This document shows, piece by piece, positions 62,443 to 64,000 of a stretch of 64,000 nt of DNA. A program made the position numbers and the translations under genes. The stretch spans positions 340,107-404,106 of the forward strand of contig CAKVGK010000001.1 of assembly GCA_934747385.1 (NCBI GenBank), written 5' to 3'. The notes under the pieces are model-generated. The model was not told the origin of the DNA and did not search any database. It saw only the letters and a list, made by a program, of their open reading frames with translations. Numbering within the stretch: the first letter of the stretch is position 1; every line of letters starts with the position of its first letter. The DNA comes from an uncultured Clostridia bacterium. GTDB lineage: Bacteria; Bacillota; Clostridia; Christensenellales; UBA1242.

Positions 62443-63483
62443 TTATTTTTTGTAATTTCTGCTGTATTCAACAACTTCAATATGTTTTTTAGGTATCAAA
62501 ATATCTTCACCCTTTTTGCTTTTTCTTCTAAAAATCAAAGTTAAAATTGTTGTGATTATTGAAGAAATGATTGAGTTGGTGATGATATACAAAGTGAACA
62601 CCACGTTTGAACTTAACACGAACGCAATCATTGAAAGCGGAATAACTGCCATCATAACTTTGTTCATTGTATTGAGTTTTTGACCTTTAGGTGCAAGAAT
62701 TTTAGCACTCAAGAATTGTGTTAAGAACGAAACTGCCACAGCAAGGACTATCAAAATATAATAACCATTGCTATCTTTTTTCCCGTCCAAAATTGTTGCG
62801 GTTATAACGTCATAACGTGCTTTTGCTTGTTCTTTTGCTTCATCCACAAGACCTTGATGCTTTGCGTAATCGTCAAAGTTTACAAACTGACTTGTGTTAG
62901 TGTCTGCCTTCCAAACATTTTTAACCCAGAACCAACTATTTTGTTTTTTATAGTTTTCGTATTCTTTTTCAATCTGTTGCTTAATATAAGCGTTTTGGTC
63001 ACCATCAAACAAAGATTGGTCAAAGTCAGGAGAAGCCCAAGTTGTTTCTGCTTGAACGTAAGCACTGTCCAACTGCTTGTAGGTTATGTAAATTTTTTCA
63101 TTACCATAAGCACGGATGCTGCCGTACAAACTGAAAAACACAACCAAAGTCAAAACCAATGGCAAAAGCAAACTTAAGCACATGCCCCCAACGTTGACGT
63201 TGTATTTTTTATATAATTTTGCAGTTTCTTGATTAATTTTTTCTCTGTTGCCAGCATACTTTTGATTTATTGCATCAATTTCTGGTTGCATTGCAGACAT
63301 GCTTCTCTGTTGCTTGCTTGAAGCCACACGTTGCAAAATATCAAGCGGTGACAAAACAATTTTTAAACAAATTGTGAAAACAACAATTGTCCAACCATAA
63401 TTGACAAGCCAATTGGCAAAAAAGTCAATTATATGCGTCCACATGTCTGCTTTTAAAAACATTGTGTTTGTTAACATTTCCAT
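62443..63483 (-). CDS. yidC: membrane protein insertase YidC/SpoIIIJ
   Basis: 346 aa. WTIVVFTICLKIVLSPLDILQ...MQPEIDAINQKY...ETAKLYKKYNVN... is the typical YidC core with 5 TM segments. Confidence 0.88.
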   Translation of the reverse strand: MEMLTNTMFLKADMWTHIIDFFANWLVNYGWTIVVFTICLKIVLSPLDILQRVASSKQQRSMSAMQPEIDAINQKYAGNREKINQETAKLYKKYNVNVGGMCLSLLLPLVLTLVVFFSLYGSIRAYGNEKIYITYKQLDSAYVQAETTWASPDFDQSLFDGDQNAYIKQQIEKEYENYKKQNSWFWVKNVWKADTNTSQFVNFDDYAKHQGLVDEAKEQAKARYDVITATILDGKKDSNGYYILIVLAVAVSFLTQFLSAKILAPKGQKLNTMNKVMMAVIPLSMIAFVLSSNVVFTLYIITNSIISSIITTILTLIFRRKSKKGEDILIPKKHIEVVEYSRNYKK

Positions 63484-63761
63484 TTATAATTTCCCATTAA
63501 ATTTAATTTTGGCAAGTCCAACCCTGCCTTATGGTTTGGTGTGCATTTTAACAGCCTTTTGATTGTTAAAACTCCACCCCAAATTGCGCCAAATTCACAA
63601 ACAGAATCCCAGCCGTATTTGCTGCAGGTGGGAATAAAATTGCAATTTCCGCGCAAAGCATAGCGCACTGTTAAGCGATAAATTCCAATAATCGCCAAAA
63701 TTATGGCGGTTAATGGTAAACATAAAAAATAGTAAACCTTAAACCAAAAATTAACACTCAT
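63471..63761 (-). CDS. yidD: membrane protein insertion efficiency factor YidD
   Basis: 96 aa. CNFIPTCSKYGWDSVCEFGAIWGGVLTIKRLLKCTPNHKAGLDLP matches the YidD signature C.F.PTCS.Y...G...G......R...C.P....G.D. Confidence 0.85.
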   Translation of the reverse strand: MSVNFWFKVYYFLCLPLTAIILAIIGIYRLTVRYALRGNCNFIPTCSKYGWDSVCEFGAIWGGVLTIKRLLKCTPNHKAGLDLPKLNLMGNYKWKC

Positions 63762-64000
63762 TTTGACCTTCTTCAGGCTTTGAATTCACCAACAAATTAG
63801 CCTTTTTTAACGCTGAAAGAATCTCTTTTTCAATTTCCAAAGAGGTTTTATCTTTTGCAGCTTCCTTTGCGGTTATAATGTAATTTTTGTTTTCAAATTT
63901 GTCTATATTCAATCTGCACGCTTCACTTATAATTCGTTTAACGCGGCTGCGCACCACGCTGTTGCCAACTTGTTTACTAACTGAAATTCCAATTTGAGGC
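63751..64000 (-). CDS. rnpA: RNase P protein component, partial (5' end beyond the right edge)
   Basis: The reading frame is open to the window edge: ...PQIGISVSKQVGNSVVRSRVKRIISEACRLNIDKF.... The VSKKVGNAV.RNR.KR pattern is RnpA-like. It overlaps the yidD start. Confidence 0.8.
   Translation of the reverse strand, partial: PQIGISVSKQVGNSVVRSRVKRIISEACRLNIDKFENKNYIITAKEAAKDKTSLEIEKEILSALKKANLLVNSKPEEGQNEC

Noticed and set aside
1-64000. Search for mobile elements, prophage, CRISPR-Cas, restriction-modification, retron/reverse transcriptase or other recognisable defence gene sets
   Set aside because: No ORF in the track shows transposase DDE, tyrosine or serine recombinase, Cas, methyltransferase, reverse-transcriptase, or phage structural or terminase motifs that I can recognise. 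The window reads as core chromosome plus sporulation genes. The only accessory-looking patches are 58990-59705 and 4166-5791.

Overview
AT-rich 64-kb chromosomal segment (G+C judged by eye at roughly the high 30s percent, not computed). It comes from an anaerobic, endospore-forming Bacillota-type genome. The right edge carries rnpA-yidD-yidC-jag, so the window is probably origin-proximal. I support about 50 protein genes. They fall into three groups. (1) Housekeeping: five aminoacyl-tRNA synthetase loci (leuS, glyQS, pheST, hisS, lysS), rplI, veg, an acyl-ACP thioesterase, a P-type ATPase and an [FeFe] hydrogenase. (2) Sporulation and germination: a gerA-type ABC operon, sleB-ypeB, spoIIR, spo0A, a SpoVID-like LysM protein, a CotJC-like protein and a DUF1540-like protein. 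(3) Three very large envelope-type proteins of about 1381, 1511 and 2767 aa with no assignable function. RNA features are one tRNA-Ser(GGA) and two T-box leaders (Gly, Phe). I found no transposase, integrase, CRISPR array, prophage or recognisable defence system. The most unusual observations are these. (i) An antitoxin-less PIN-domain nuclease gene sits between a Phe T-box leader and pheS-pheT. (ii) A dispersed family of GC-rich structured repeat modules occurs at five or more intergenic loci, including both the 5' leader and the 3' end of that same operon, with compensatory changes in one hairpin. (iii) A divergent DAC-like (c-di-AMP cyclase fold) protein has an unassigned N-terminal half. 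(iv) A phased 11-bp T-tract array lies in a divergent promoter region. All calls come from reading the sequence and the supplied ORF track. Small-motif coordinates were hand-counted and may be off by 1-2 nt. All family assignments are from remembered motifs, not searches.
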